A DNA stretch of 40,643 nt from Solirubrobacteraceae bacterium (GTDB taxonomy: Bacteria; Actinomycetota; Thermoleophilia; Solirubrobacterales; Solirubrobacteraceae), in the NCBI GenBank assembly GCA_035942615.1, contig DASZCY010000275.1:1-40643 (forward strand), given 5' to 3'. A program made the position numbers and the translations under genes. The notes below the pieces were generated by a model, which saw only the letters and a program-made list of their open reading frames with translations, was not told the origin of the DNA and made no database searches. Positions 17,061 through 26,009 of this stretch are shown piece by piece (positions within the stretch are counted from its first letter, which is position 1; every line of letters begins with the position of its first letter).

Positions 17061-17371
17061 GCCGGGTCGCGCTCACGGTCGGGCGCCGGGGGGTGCGCCG
17101 GACGGCGCGGGGGCCGCGGGTAGGCGTCGCCCAGCCGCCCGGGTGCCCGCATCCGGGCACGGGCAGGATCGGCGCCGGGCAGCGGCAGGCCACCGGGGCC
17201 GGAACTCGCCCCGGGGGTGGGCGGTGGCCCGTCGTCGCCGCGGTCGTCGCGCGGCCACCAGTCGCGCCGGTCGCGCGCGTCCTCGTCGCCGATCATGGCC
17301 CACACCAGGAAGACGGCACCCACGACGTGCACCACGAAGGTCATGGTGATCGCGACGAGCTCGGCGGTCAT
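17057..17371 (-). CDS. Small membrane protein (one TM helix, charged/Pro-rich tail)
   Basis: MTAELVAITMTFVVHVVGAVFLVWAMIGDEDARDRRDWWPRDD... The ORF has high GC3. A TACCCT hexamer lies 9 nt upstream of the ATG. The position directly after ribH matches the conserved small membrane protein gene that follows ribH in mycobacteria. Confidence 0.5.
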   Translation of the reverse strand: MTAELVAITMTFVVHVVGAVFLVWAMIGDEDARDRRDWWPRDDRGDDGPPPTPGASSGPGGLPLPGADPARARMRAPGRLGDAYPRPPRRPAHPPAPDRERDPA

Positions 17372-17380
17372 GCGAGGCAC

Positions 17381-17386
17381 AGGGTA
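17381..17386 (-). promoter_or_regulatory. Putative -10 hexamer TACCCT, 9 nt upstream of the small membrane protein ATG
   Basis: The minus strand reads ggcggGTACCCTgtgcctcgcATG. Confidence 0.4.
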
Positions 17387-17404
17387 CCCGCCGTGGCGTG
17401 CCCT

Positions 17405-17824
17405 TCAGTCCATCAGGTGCGCGCGCATCCGCGCCATGGTCAGCACGGCCTCGCCGGCCGCCTCGCCCTGGTGGCGCCTCTCTCCGCCCGCACGGGCCAG
17501 GGCCTGGTCCATGGTGTCCACGGTGAGCACCCCGAAGGCGCAGGGCACGCCGGTGCGCAGCTGCACGTCCTGGATGCCGCGCGCCGCCTCGGTGCACACG
17601 AAGTCGTAGTGGTCGGTCTCCCCTCGGATGACCGCGCCCAGGCAGGCCATGCCGTCGTAGCGACCACTCTGGGCGGCGTACAGCGCGGCCAGCGGCAGCT
17701 CGAAGGCGCCGGGGACCTCCAGCTCGTCCACCTCACCCGCGGACTCCAGCACGCGGCGCGCACCGTCGGCCAGCCGCTCGGCGAGGTCGGTGTAGAAGCG
17801 GGCTGTCGCCACCGCGAACCTCAC
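17405..17824 (-). CDS. ribH: 6,7-dimethyl-8-ribityllumazine synthase
   Basis: VPGAFELP...GAVIRGETDHYDFV lumazine synthase signature. GTGA overlap with the ribBA stop. Confidence 0.92.
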   Translation of the reverse strand: MRFAVATARFYTDLAERLADGARRVLESAGEVDELEVPGAFELPLAALYAAQSGRYDGMACLGAVIRGETDHYDFVCTEAARGIQDVQLRTGVPCAFGVLTVDTMDQALARAGGERRHQGEAAGEAVLTMARMRAHLMD

Positions 17825-19110
17825 CGGCCGCCCTCCTCCGCCCGCCGAGCGCCGAGGTGCTCCTCGTCGTGGAGCATCTCCTCGTCGAGGGGCAGGGCCT
17901 GGTGGTGGAGGGTGTGGCCCATGCGGTCGCGCTTGACGCGCAGGTACTGCTCGTTGTGGGGGTTGGGCAGGTGCTCGATCGGCAGCTGGGCGGTGACCGA
18001 CAGCCCGTAGCCCTCCAGGCCGCGGATCTTCTTGGGGTTGTTGGTCAACAGGCGCATGGAGCTCAGCCCCAGGTCCGCGAGGATCTGCGCCCCGATGCCG
18101 TAGTCGCGCAGGTCGGCGGGCAGCCCCAGGCGCAGGTTGGCGTCGACGGTGTCCAACCCGCCCTCTTGCAGCTTGTAGGCGCGCAGCTTGTTGAGCAGCC
18201 CGATGCCCCGGCCCTCCTGGGCCAGGTAGAGCAGCACACCGCGCCCCTCGCGCTCGATCATGCTCAGAGCCGACTCGAGCTGCTCGCCGCAGTCACAGCG
18301 CAGGGAGTGGAAGACGTCGCCGGTCAGGCACTCGGAGTGCACGCGCACGAGCACGTCCTTCTCTCCGGCCACGTCACCCTTGACCAGGGCGACGTGGTGC
18401 TTGGTGTCCACCAGCGAGCGGTAGCCGACCGCAGTGAACTCGCCAAAGCCCGTGGGCATGGCGACGTCAACCACGCGCTCGACGAGGCGGTCGTGGACGC
18501 GCCGGTAGGCGATGAGGTCGGCGATGGTGACCATCCTCAGCCCGTGGCGCTCGCAGTAGGCCAGCAGCTCGTCCCCCGTGGCCATGGAGCCGTCGTCGGC
18601 CATGATCTCGCAGATGACCCCGGCGGGGTTGAGGCCGGCCAGGCGCGCCAGATCGACGGCCGCCTCGGTGTGCCCCGTGCGCTCCAGGGTGCCTCCCGGC
18701 TTGGCCTTCAACGGGAAGATGTGGCCGGGCTGCACCAGGTCGCGCGGGGTCGACCTCGGATCCACCGCCACCTGGATGGTCCGCGCGCGGTCGGCGGCCG
18801 AGATGCCCGTGGTCACCCCCTCGCGCGCCTCCACCGTGATCGTGAAGGCCGTCTGGAAGGCCGACTCGTTCTTGGCCGGCATGAGGTCGAGCTCGAGCTC
18901 GTCGCAGCGCTCGGGCGTCAGGGCCAGGCAGATCAGGCCCCGTCCATGGGTGGCCATGAAGTTGATCGCGTCGGGGGTGGCGAACTGCGCGGCCAGCATG
19001 AGGTCGCCCTCGTTCTCGCGGTCCTCGTCGTCGACGACGACGACCATGCGCCCGGCACGGACCTCCTCGATGGCCTCCTCGACGGTCGCGTAGGGGGCGC
19101 TGGTCCTCAC
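17821..19110 (-). CDS. ribBA: Bifunctional 3,4-dihydroxy-2-butanone-4-phosphate synthase / GTP cyclohydrolase II
   Basis: DDEDRENEGDL (DHBP synthase) and HSECLTGDVFHSLRCDCGEQL (GCH II zinc site). GTG 19110 overlaps the ribE TGA. The track ORF extension to 19557 is an artefact. Confidence 0.92.
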   Translation of the reverse strand: MRTSAPYATVEEAIEEVRAGRMVVVVDDEDRENEGDLMLAAQFATPDAINFMATHGRGLICLALTPERCDELELDLMPAKNESAFQTAFTITVEAREGVTTGISAADRARTIQVAVDPRSTPRDLVQPGHIFPLKAKPGGTLERTGHTEAAVDLARLAGLNPAGVICEIMADDGSMATGDELLAYCERHGLRMVTIADLIAYRRVHDRLVERVVDVAMPTGFGEFTAVGYRSLVDTKHHVALVKGDVAGEKDVLVRVHSECLTGDVFHSLRCDCGEQLESALSMIEREGRGVLLYLAQEGRGIGLLNKLRAYKLQEGGLDTVDANLRLGLPADLRDYGIGAQILADLGLSSMRLLTNNPKKIRGLEGYGLSVTAQLPIEHLPNPHNEQYLRVKRDRMGHTLHHQALPLDEEMLHDEEHLGARRAEEGGR

Positions 19111-19691
19111 CGGGTCACCAGCTTCTCGACGTACTTGGCCAACACGTCCACCTCCAGGTTCACGGGCGTGCCCGGCGCGGCGGCGCCGAGGTTCGTGCGG
19201 TCCAGGGTCTCGGGGATCAGGGACACGGTCAGGGCGTCGTCGTCCACGCGCGCAAGGGTCAGCGAGACGCCATCGACGGCGATGGAGCCCTTCTCCACCA
19301 CGTAGCGCAGCAGGTCCGCGGGGGCCCGGATGGTCACGAGGCGCGCGAACCCCTCCTGCTTGATGTCCGCCACCTCTCCGACGCCGTCCACGTGCCCCTG
19401 CACGACGTGGCCGCCCAGGCGGTCGCCCGCGCGCAACGCGAGCTCGATGTTCACCCCGGCGCCCCTCGTGACGGCGCCCAGCGAGGAGCGGCGCAGGGTC
19501 TCGTGCATGACGTCGGCGGCCACGGTGTCGTCCTCGCTGCGCGTGGCGGTCAGGCACACGCCGTTGACCGCCAGGCTGTCGCCCTCGTCGACCTCGCGGG
19601 CCAGGACAGTGTGCAGCGTGAGGCGCACGCCGTCGGGCGTGGCGTCCACGGCGCTCACCGTCCCCAGGTCAGCGACCAGCCCGGTGAACAT
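19107..19691 (-). CDS. ribE: Riboflavin synthase alpha chain
   Basis: MFTGLVADLGTV... with the duplicated GDSLAVNGVCLT / GSIAVDGVSLT lumazine-binding repeats. Confidence 0.92.
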   Translation of the reverse strand: MFTGLVADLGTVSAVDATPDGVRLTLHTVLAREVDEGDSLAVNGVCLTATRSEDDTVAADVMHETLRRSSLGAVTRGAGVNIELALRAGDRLGGHVVQGHVDGVGEVADIKQEGFARLVTIRAPADLLRYVVEKGSIAVDGVSLTLARVDDDALTVSLIPETLDRTNLGAAAPGTPVNLEVDVLAKYVEKLVTR

Positions 19692-19721
19692 GGGAGAGGT
19701 TCCTCGTGGCCCAGCGTCGCA

Positions 19722-20930
19722 TCACCACTCCGCCAGCCGCGCCGAGATCAGCAGATCGCCCGCCACGGTCTCGCATTCGAGGGTCAGGGCGCGCAGCGCC
19801 TCGGAGACGCGCTCGACGCCCTCGCCCTCCAGGGGAACGCGCGCACCGCGGCCGCCCAGCAGGAGCGGGGCGAGGAAGATGCGCACCTCGTCGATCGCCC
19901 CCACGTCGAGGAAGGCACCGGCCAGGTGGGGGCCGCCCTCCAGCAGCAGGGAGGTCAGTCCGGCCGCGCCGAGGTCGTCGAGCGCGCAGCGCACACGGGC
20001 CGGTTCGTTCTCGCCGCTGGCCACCAGGACGTCCGCGCCCGCCATCTCCAGCGCGGCCACCGCCTGGCGGGGGGCTGCGCGCGAGACCACCACCGTGAGG
20101 GGCGGGTCGGGCGCCGCGGTGACCAGCTGGGAGTTCAGCGGCAGGCGGGCCAGGGAGTCGAAGACGACGCGCCGGGGCTGGCGGGGGAAGAGCCTGGCCT
20201 GTTCTCCGCCGGCGTCCTGCTCGCAGGCCTCCTCGGCCAGGCGCGCGGTGAGCTGGGGATCGTCGGCCAGCGCGGTGCCCACGCCCACCACCACGGCATC
20301 CATCCCGGCACGCCAGTGGTGGGCACGCTCGCGGCTGGACCGATCGCTGATCCACTTGGAGTCGCCGCTGCGCGAGGCGACCTTGCCGTCGAGCGTCATG
20401 GCCGACTTGAACAGCACCCACGGCCGCCCGGTGCGCGCGTGCTTGCGAAAGGGCTGGTTGAGCAGGCGCGCGCTGCGGGCCAGCTCACCGTCGGCCACAT
20501 CGATCTGCACGCCCTCGTCGCGCAGGATGCCCAGGCCGCGGCCGCTGGCCTTCTCGCTGGGATCGTCGGAGGCCACGACCACGCGGCCGATGCCCGCGGC
20601 CAGGATCGCCTCCGTGCACGGCGGAGTGCGCCCATGGTGACAGCAGGGCTCCAGGGAGACATACAGCGTCGCGTCGCGCAGATCAGCACCCCGCGCCGCG
20701 GCGATGGCCTCGACCTCGGCGTGGTGGCCGCCCAGCTGCTCGTGCCAGCCCTCCCCCAGGACCTTTCCGTCACGGGCCAGCACCGCGCCCACGACCGGGT
20801 TGGGATGGACGCGCCCCGACCCGTGACGGGCCAGCTCGAGCGTGCGCTCCAGCAGGGGCAGGTCGATGTCGGTGCGCAGGGCCAAGGCCCGTAGAGGATA
20901 GGCCCCGGCTGCCGAGGTCAGCCTGCGCAC
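19722..20930 (-). CDS. ribD: Bifunctional riboflavin biosynthesis deaminase/reductase RibD
   Basis: HAEVEA...PCCHHGRTPPC deaminase zinc motif plus a C-terminal reductase domain. Start candidates are GTG 20930 (13-nt overlap with the upstream GT-C gene), TTG 20885 or CTG 20879. The track ORF to 22601 is an artefactual extension. Confidence 0.88.
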   Translation of the reverse strand: MRRLTSAAGAYPLRALALRTDIDLPLLERTLELARHGSGRVHPNPVVGAVLARDGKVLGEGWHEQLGGHHAEVEAIAAARGADLRDATLYVSLEPCCHHGRTPPCTEAILAAGIGRVVVASDDPSEKASGRGLGILRDEGVQIDVADGELARSARLLNQPFRKHARTGRPWVLFKSAMTLDGKVASRSGDSKWISDRSSRERAHHWRAGMDAVVVGVGTALADDPQLTARLAEEACEQDAGGEQARLFPRQPRRVVFDSLARLPLNSQLVTAAPDPPLTVVVSRAAPRQAVAALEMAGADVLVASGENEPARVRCALDDLGAAGLTSLLLEGGPHLAGAFLDVGAIDEVRIFLAPLLLGGRGARVPLEGEGVERVSEALRALTLECETVAGDLLISARLAEW

Positions 20931-22735
20931 GCGCCGCCCTGCAGGCGGTAGATCGTCATGACCGGCCCGGGGCGGTAGTAGGCCAGGGGGTAGAAGTTGA
21001 ACGCCCAGTCGAAGTTGAACGTCACGGGGCTCACCCCCGCCGCGTAGGGCGAGGCCTCGTAGGCCACCTCGGCCCGGCGCTCGAGCTCGTCGTAGAAGCG
21101 CAGCGCGTTGGGCACCTTCTCGGGCTCGACCTCGGCGCGACCGCGCTGGGTGGAGCCCACCACCACGATGCACGCGCCCGTGCGCTCCCACCGGTCGATG
21201 AGCTCGGGACGGGCCACCCGCGCATAGTCCTCGATGTTGACCACCACGCCGGGTCCCTGGGGGTCGAGCCGCTCGCCGGTCTCTGGATCGACGTAGGAGC
21301 GGCTGACCGGATCCTTGTTCCAGCGGTACCCGTTGGCGGTGACCGGCGAAGGGTCGCCGATGTCCATGGCCCACGGGTCGGGAACCACCGGCTCGACCAC
21401 GATCCTGGCGCCGACGGGAACGTTGGCCACCATCCAGTCGCGGGCCATGTTGCGCGTGTCCTCCCGCGAGAGCACCGTGCCGCTGTGCAGTGAGTAGACG
21501 AGGCCCTGGCCGCACACCGCCACGACGGCGAGGGCGAGCAGGGTCGGGCGAAGATGGGCCCGCCTCACGGTCAGCGCGTCGACCACGCGCAGTGCCGCGT
21601 AGGCGGCCAGCAGGCAGACCATGGGGAAGGCAGGCAGCAGCCAGCGGCCGAAGTAGCGTTCCTGGGAGCCCATGAACACGACGTAGGCCACCGGCGCGAG
21701 CACCAGCACGAGGCCCAGGCGGCGATCGTCGAACCAGATGGCCACCGCGCCCGCAGCGGCCAGCGCCAGCGGCACCCACCCCAGGCCCCAGCCGAACGAC
21801 CAGAGGTAGTAAAGGAAGCCGCTGTCCTGGGTGGTGCCCAGCTTGCCGGCCGCCTCCGAGGACGTCTCGGTCTGGTAGACGACATCGGCGAACCACGTCT
21901 CGAAGTCGAGCACCGCGTAGGGGTTGGCCACCACGAAGGCCGCAAGCCCGACGCCTGCGGCCAGGGCGAGGCCGCGCAGCACCGGCGCCCGTCGGCCGGG
22001 CGCCGTGAGCTGGACGGCGGCGGCCGCCAGCAGCGGCAACAGCACGATGCCGCCGGTGTACTTCGTGGCGGCGGCCAGTCCCAGTCCGGCGCCGGCGACG
22101 ACCCAGTCGCGGGTTCGCCCGAAGCGCAGCACCCCGGCCACGCCCCACAGGCCCAGGCACAGCGGCGCCAGCGTGGGGACGTCGTTGAGGGCCAGGTGGG
22201 CGTAGAAGACGGGCAGGAAGGCCACGGCCATGAGGCCGGCGGCCAGCAGGCCCACGCGTCGGTCCATCAGCCGCGAGCCGGCCAGGTAAAGCAGCCCGAC
22301 GGCCAGCGTGCCCAGCACCGCGGTCACGGCACGGGCCACGACCCAGACCGCGGCGGGATCGCCCGCGAAGGTCGAGGACAGCCCCTCGCGCCCGCCGAAG
22401 ACCACGGCGAACACCACGTGGAGCACGTAGGTGTACGCGGGCGGGTTGACGAAGTACTCGGGGTTCCACGCGTGGCCGAAGATGCCGATGGCGTGGGGCA
22501 CGAAGTGGGAGTTCTCGTCGGTGTTGTAGGCATAGGGCAGGCCGTGATCCAAACCCCAGAGGCGCAGCGCCAGCGCGCCGGCCAGCAGCGGGACGACCCA
22601 CACCCAGGCCGGGGGCGCGGACAGCCCGCGCCCGGCGACGGCGCCCCTCCGGGTCCCACGCGTCCCGGGGGTGGGGTGGGGGGCGGCGGCGACGTCGCGC
22701 CGAGGCGGGGCCTCAACAGTGGACATAGGCCCCAT
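20918..22735 (-). CDS. GT-C fold membrane glycosyltransferase (GT39/PMT_2/ArnT-like) with C-terminal extracytoplasmic domain
   Basis: Multi-TM protein. It has an acidic first-loop motif LPYAYNTDENSHFV, about 11 predicted TM segments, and a roughly 190-aa soluble tail. Start at ATG 22735 or 22726; either overlaps the upstream gene end. Confidence 0.75.
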   Translation of the reverse strand: MGPMSTVEAPPRRDVAAAPHPTPGTRGTRRGAVAGRGLSAPPAWVWVVPLLAGALALRLWGLDHGLPYAYNTDENSHFVPHAIGIFGHAWNPEYFVNPPAYTYVLHVVFAVVFGGREGLSSTFAGDPAAVWVVARAVTAVLGTLAVGLLYLAGSRLMDRRVGLLAAGLMAVAFLPVFYAHLALNDVPTLAPLCLGLWGVAGVLRFGRTRDWVVAGAGLGLAAATKYTGGIVLLPLLAAAAVQLTAPGRRAPVLRGLALAAGVGLAAFVVANPYAVLDFETWFADVVYQTETSSEAAGKLGTTQDSGFLYYLWSFGWGLGWVPLALAAAGAVAIWFDDRRLGLVLVLAPVAYVVFMGSQERYFGRWLLPAFPMVCLLAAYAALRVVDALTVRRAHLRPTLLALAVVAVCGQGLVYSLHSGTVLSREDTRNMARDWMVANVPVGARIVVEPVVPDPWAMDIGDPSPVTANGYRWNKDPVSRSYVDPETGERLDPQGPGVVVNIEDYARVARPELIDRWERTGACIVVVGSTQRGRAEVEPEKVPNALRFYDELERRAEVAYEASPYAAGVSPVTFNFDWAFNFYPLAYYRPGPVMTIYRLQGGACAG

Positions 22736-24239
22736 AGTGCTGGCTCGTGGCCACGCGGCGGTAGCCGGGCAGCGGGAGATTGTCGCGCAGGTCGTCGCGC
22801 TCGGAGACCAGCGCCTGGGAGAACAGGGCCTGGCGCCCGTGCACCACGATCGAGACGCCGCGGTCCAGGCGCCCTGTCGCATCGGGGTCACTGCGGGCCA
22901 CGACGCGTCCGGGCGGCAGGTCGAGGATCCAGCGCACGTCGGGGATCAGCTTGTGGTTGGGCACGCTCACCGGCCCGCAGCGCAGCCCGGCCTGCACGTC
23001 GGGCGCCCGCAGCACCTGGGCGAGCGCGGCACGCCAGTCGCCGCGGAAGCGCAGCTCGTTGTCCAGGCGGACGAGATCCACCTTCGTCGCCGTGAACGCT
23101 GCACCGGCCAGGACGATGGCCCCGGCGGCGACGGCCCAGGCGGTGCGCAGCCGGCCCGGCGCGAGCATGCTGAACCCCGCCACGGTCACCCCCGCGAGCA
23201 CCATGACCATCAGCGAGGGCACCAGCAGGTAGCGCGAGATGACCGACAGCCCTCCCGCACCCACCGCCGCGAAGGTGGCGACGCCCATGCCCAACAGCAC
23301 GAGCGGCATGCCCAGGCGCGCCGGGGCGATCCAGGCCGCCAGCGCGAGACCCAGGATGCCCGCCAGCACCACGGGGAGCTTGTCCAGTGCGAGCAGGTAG
23401 GTCCACAGCGCCTCCGGGACGGCGGCCAGGCCCTTGTTGCGCCCCAGCTCGGCGGCCAGCTCGCTGGTGCCGGTGAAGGAGAACAGTGGGTTGCCGGTGA
23501 CGAGGAGGTCGGTGGTCACCCAGATCAACGGCGCGAAGGCGGTCAGCAGCGCCCAGGCCGCGCGCCGGCGCCACGAAACCGTGCTCCGACAGGCGATCCA
23601 CAGGAAGTAGGCCCCCGCCAGCAGCCATGCCTCGGGGCGCAGCATCCCCGCCAGAGCGAGCAGGGCCAGCACGGAGGTGCCACCGGGCCCCCTGGCTTTC
23701 TCCCGGCTGCGCATCTCCAGCACCGCCGCCCAGAGCACCATGGCCAGGTAGATGGAGTCGATGTAGCCCCGCGCGGCCAGGAAGGCGAAGTCGAAGCGGC
23801 TGAGCAGCAGCACCGCGGCCGCGACGCCGACCAACGGCGTGAAGGCGCGCTTGCCCAGCGTGTAGAGCCCGGCGACCAGCGCGACGAACGAGCCGATGCA
23901 CAGCCCCACCCACAGCCGCGCCCCGACATCGCCCAGCGGCGACAGCAGCGCGCCGATGGCGATGGCCAGCGGATGCTCGGTGGGCGCGCGATAGGCCTCA
24001 AAGGAGAGGGGCGCGCCGTCGAGCAGCTCGCGGCCCCACACCATCGAGTAGATCGAGTCGTAGGTGGGATACGTCGGGTAGATCGCGAACCCTGCCAGCG
24101 CCAGCACCCCCAGCGCGAGCAGGCCTGCGCGTTCCCACCGGACCAGTCGCGCGCCCGCCCGCTCGGGTCCCTCCGCCTCCGGCTGCGGCGCGGGCGCCGC
24201 GCCCGGTTCGCGCGGGCGGGTCAGGGTGGCACCGGCCAT
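22713..24239 (-). CDS. GT-C fold membrane glycosyltransferase-like protein (second paralogous-type enzyme)
   Basis: Polytopic membrane protein with the first-loop motif YPTYPTYDSIYSMVWGRE and a C-terminal soluble domain. Start taken at ATG 24239 (MAGATLTRP...). The track start at 24293 would overlap the divergent GT2 gene. Confidence 0.65.
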   Translation of the reverse strand: MAGATLTRPREPGAAPAPQPEAEGPERAGARLVRWERAGLLALGVLALAGFAIYPTYPTYDSIYSMVWGRELLDGAPLSFEAYRAPTEHPLAIAIGALLSPLGDVGARLWVGLCIGSFVALVAGLYTLGKRAFTPLVGVAAAVLLLSRFDFAFLAARGYIDSIYLAMVLWAAVLEMRSREKARGPGGTSVLALLALAGMLRPEAWLLAGAYFLWIACRSTVSWRRRAAWALLTAFAPLIWVTTDLLVTGNPLFSFTGTSELAAELGRNKGLAAVPEALWTYLLALDKLPVVLAGILGLALAAWIAPARLGMPLVLLGMGVATFAAVGAGGLSVISRYLLVPSLMVMVLAGVTVAGFSMLAPGRLRTAWAVAAGAIVLAGAAFTATKVDLVRLDNELRFRGDWRAALAQVLRAPDVQAGLRCGPVSVPNHKLIPDVRWILDLPPGRVVARSDPDATGRLDRGVSIVVHGRQALFSQALVSERDDLRDNLPLPGYRRVATSQHYGAYVHC

Positions 24240-24261
24240 CGTCGTGGGATACTGACGGGTC

Positions 24262-25320
24262 TTGAAGCTCATCATCCAGATCCCCTGCTTCAACGAGGAG
24301 GCTCAGCTTCCCGCCACGCTGGCCGACCTGCCCCGCCGGGTGCCCGGCTTCGACGAGGTGGAGTGGCTGGTCGTCGACGACGGCTCGACCGACCGCACCA
24401 TCGAGGTCGCCCGCGCGGGCGGCGTCGACCACATCGTGCGCCTCACCAACAACAAGGGGCTGGCCGCCAGCTTCCAGGCGGGGCTCGACGCCAGCCTGAA
24501 GCTCGGAGCGGACGTGGTGGTTAACACCGACGCGGACAACCAGTACGACGCCGGGGACATCCCCAGCCTCGTGGCACCGATCGTGGAAGGTCGTGCGGAC
24601 ATGGTGGTCGGCGATCGCGAGGTCATGACCATCCAGCACTTCTCGCCCGTCAAGAAGGTGCTGCAGCGTCTGGGATCGTGGGTCGTGCGCCAGGCGTCGC
24701 AGACCTCGGTGCCCGACACGACCTCGGGCTTCCGAGCCTACAACCGCGAGGCCGCCATCCAGATGGCGGTCGTCTCGAAGTTCACCTACACCCTGGAGAC
24801 CATCATCCAGGCGGGCAAGCTGCTGGTGGCCACCGACCACGTCCCGATCCGCACGAATGCCAAGACGCGCGAATCGCGCCTGTTCCCCTCCATGTGGGCC
24901 TACGTGCGGCGCAACGGGCTGACGATCTTTCGCATCTACACCCAGTACGAGCCGCTCCGGGTGTTCACGATCGCGGCGCTGCTGGCGGCGCTGCCCGCCG
25001 CCGCGCTGTGGATCCGCTGGTTCGTGTTCTACCTGCAGGGCGAGGGCGCGGGCAACGTGCAGTCGCTCATCCTCGGCGCCGTGCTGTTCGTGGCCTCGAT
25101 GGTGCTGGCAGCGCTGGGGGTCATCGGCGATCTGCTGGCCGCCCAGCGCACCATGGCCCAGCGCACCTTCGAACGGGTGCGACGCATCGAGCTGCGCCTG
25201 GGCGTGGAGCCGTCGCACTACGAGCCCGGCGCCCGACCCACCGGCCACCCCGCGACGACCGGCGCGGACTCCGGCGGGGCCACGGGCAAGACGGAGGAGC
25301 GTGAGGCGATCCGCGCGTGA
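24262..25320 (+). CDS. GT2 family polyprenyl-phosphate glycosyltransferase (GtrB/DPM1/ArnC-like)
   Basis: N-terminus (TTG-start)KLIIQIPCFNEE, then VVDDGSTDRT and NTDADNQY (DXD). There are two C-terminal TM helices (VFTIAALLAALPAAALWIRWFVFYL and SLILGAVLFVASMVLAALGVIGDLL). A stop lies 3 codons upstream (TGA 24253-24255), so TTG 24262 is the only conventional start. Confidence 0.85.
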   Translation: MKLIIQIPCFNEEAQLPATLADLPRRVPGFDEVEWLVVDDGSTDRTIEVARAGGVDHIVRLTNNKGLAASFQAGLDASLKLGADVVVNTDADNQYDAGDIPSLVAPIVEGRADMVVGDREVMTIQHFSPVKKVLQRLGSWVVRQASQTSVPDTTSGFRAYNREAAIQMAVVSKFTYTLETIIQAGKLLVATDHVPIRTNAKTRESRLFPSMWAYVRRNGLTIFRIYTQYEPLRVFTIAALLAALPAAALWIRWFVFYLQGEGAGNVQSLILGAVLFVASMVLAALGVIGDLLAAQRTMAQRTFERVRRIELRLGVEPSHYEPGARPTGHPATTGADSGGATGKTEEREAIRA

Positions 25321-26006
25321 GCCCCTCCGTCCACGATCGGCGGGAGGGCAAGCGCCTGTCGCCGCCCGCGCGGCGAGATGCCGGCGCGGGGATCACCCAT
25401 GACCGCGAGGGCACGGTCACCGGAAACACCTACGACAAGTACGGCTCGACCAACCCGGTGGTCAGGCGCCTCATGGCCGGCTTCCACGCGACGCTGGACG
25501 AGCTGTTCGCCCGCGCGAACCCCAGGTCGCTGCTGGACGTGGGCTGCGGTGAGGGCGTGCTCACCCACGGGTGGGCGCTGCGCCTGGGCGACCGCCGCGT
25601 GGTGGGCATCGACCTGGACGACCCGCAGCTGCACGCGCAGTGGGAGCAGCGCCGGGCGCCCAACCTGGAGTACCGGGTGATGAAGGCCGAGGCGCTGCCC
25701 TTCGCCGATGGGGAGTTCGACTGCGCGACGGCCATCGAGGTCCTCGAGCACGTCCCCGACCCGGCGCACACGGTGGCCGAGATGGCCCGCGTCGCCTCGG
25801 GGCACCTGCTCGTGTCCGTCCCCCGCGAGCCGATGTGGCGGGTGCTCAACATGGCCCGCGGCGCCTATCTCAAGGACCTGGGCAACACCCCGGGCCACCT
25901 CAACCACTGGTCCAAGCGCAGCTTCGGGGCGCTGCTGGCACACCACGGCGAGGTCGTCGAGGCCCGCTCGCCCTTTCCCTGGACCATGCTGCTCGTCCGC
26001 CTGTAG
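25317..26006 (+). CDS. Class I SAM-dependent methyltransferase
   Basis: Motif I LLDVGCGEGVL and post-I VVGIDLD, then AIEVLEHVPDP. GTGA overlap with the GT2 stop. Confidence 0.85.
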   Translation: MSPSVHDRREGKRLSPPARRDAGAGITHDREGTVTGNTYDKYGSTNPVVRRLMAGFHATLDELFARANPRSLLDVGCGEGVLTHGWALRLGDRRVVGIDLDDPQLHAQWEQRRAPNLEYRVMKAEALPFADGEFDCATAIEVLEHVPDPAHTVAEMARVASGHLLVSVPREPMWRVLNMARGAYLKDLGNTPGHLNHWSKRSFGALLAHHGEVVEARSPFPWTMLLVRL

Positions 26007-26009
26007 GCG

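Noticed and set aside
20886-20930. Looked for an FMN (RFN) riboswitch upstream of ribD.
   Set aside because: At most 32 nt are non-coding, and no conserved RFN core is visible. This is reported as an absence, not a feature.
19722-22601. Track ORFs that extend real genes far upstream: ribD to 22601, ribBA to 19557, rpmB to 15923, metK to 36911, fmt to 32694, coaD to 11021, rnc to 2009 and the CNNM gene from 25571.
   Set aside because: The extensions overlap the preceding conserved gene and translate to junk-like R/P/G sequence. The conserved N-termini and the ATGA/GTGA junctions define much shorter genes.
22651-22683. G-run cluster GGG-N13-GGGGG-T-GGGG-T-GGGGGG on the plus strand, a possible G-quadruplex.
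   Set aside because: It lies inside the coding sequence, encoding PHPTPGT on the other strand. It is on the non-mRNA strand, and such runs are common in GC-rich Pro/Gly codon stretches. There is no independent support for function.
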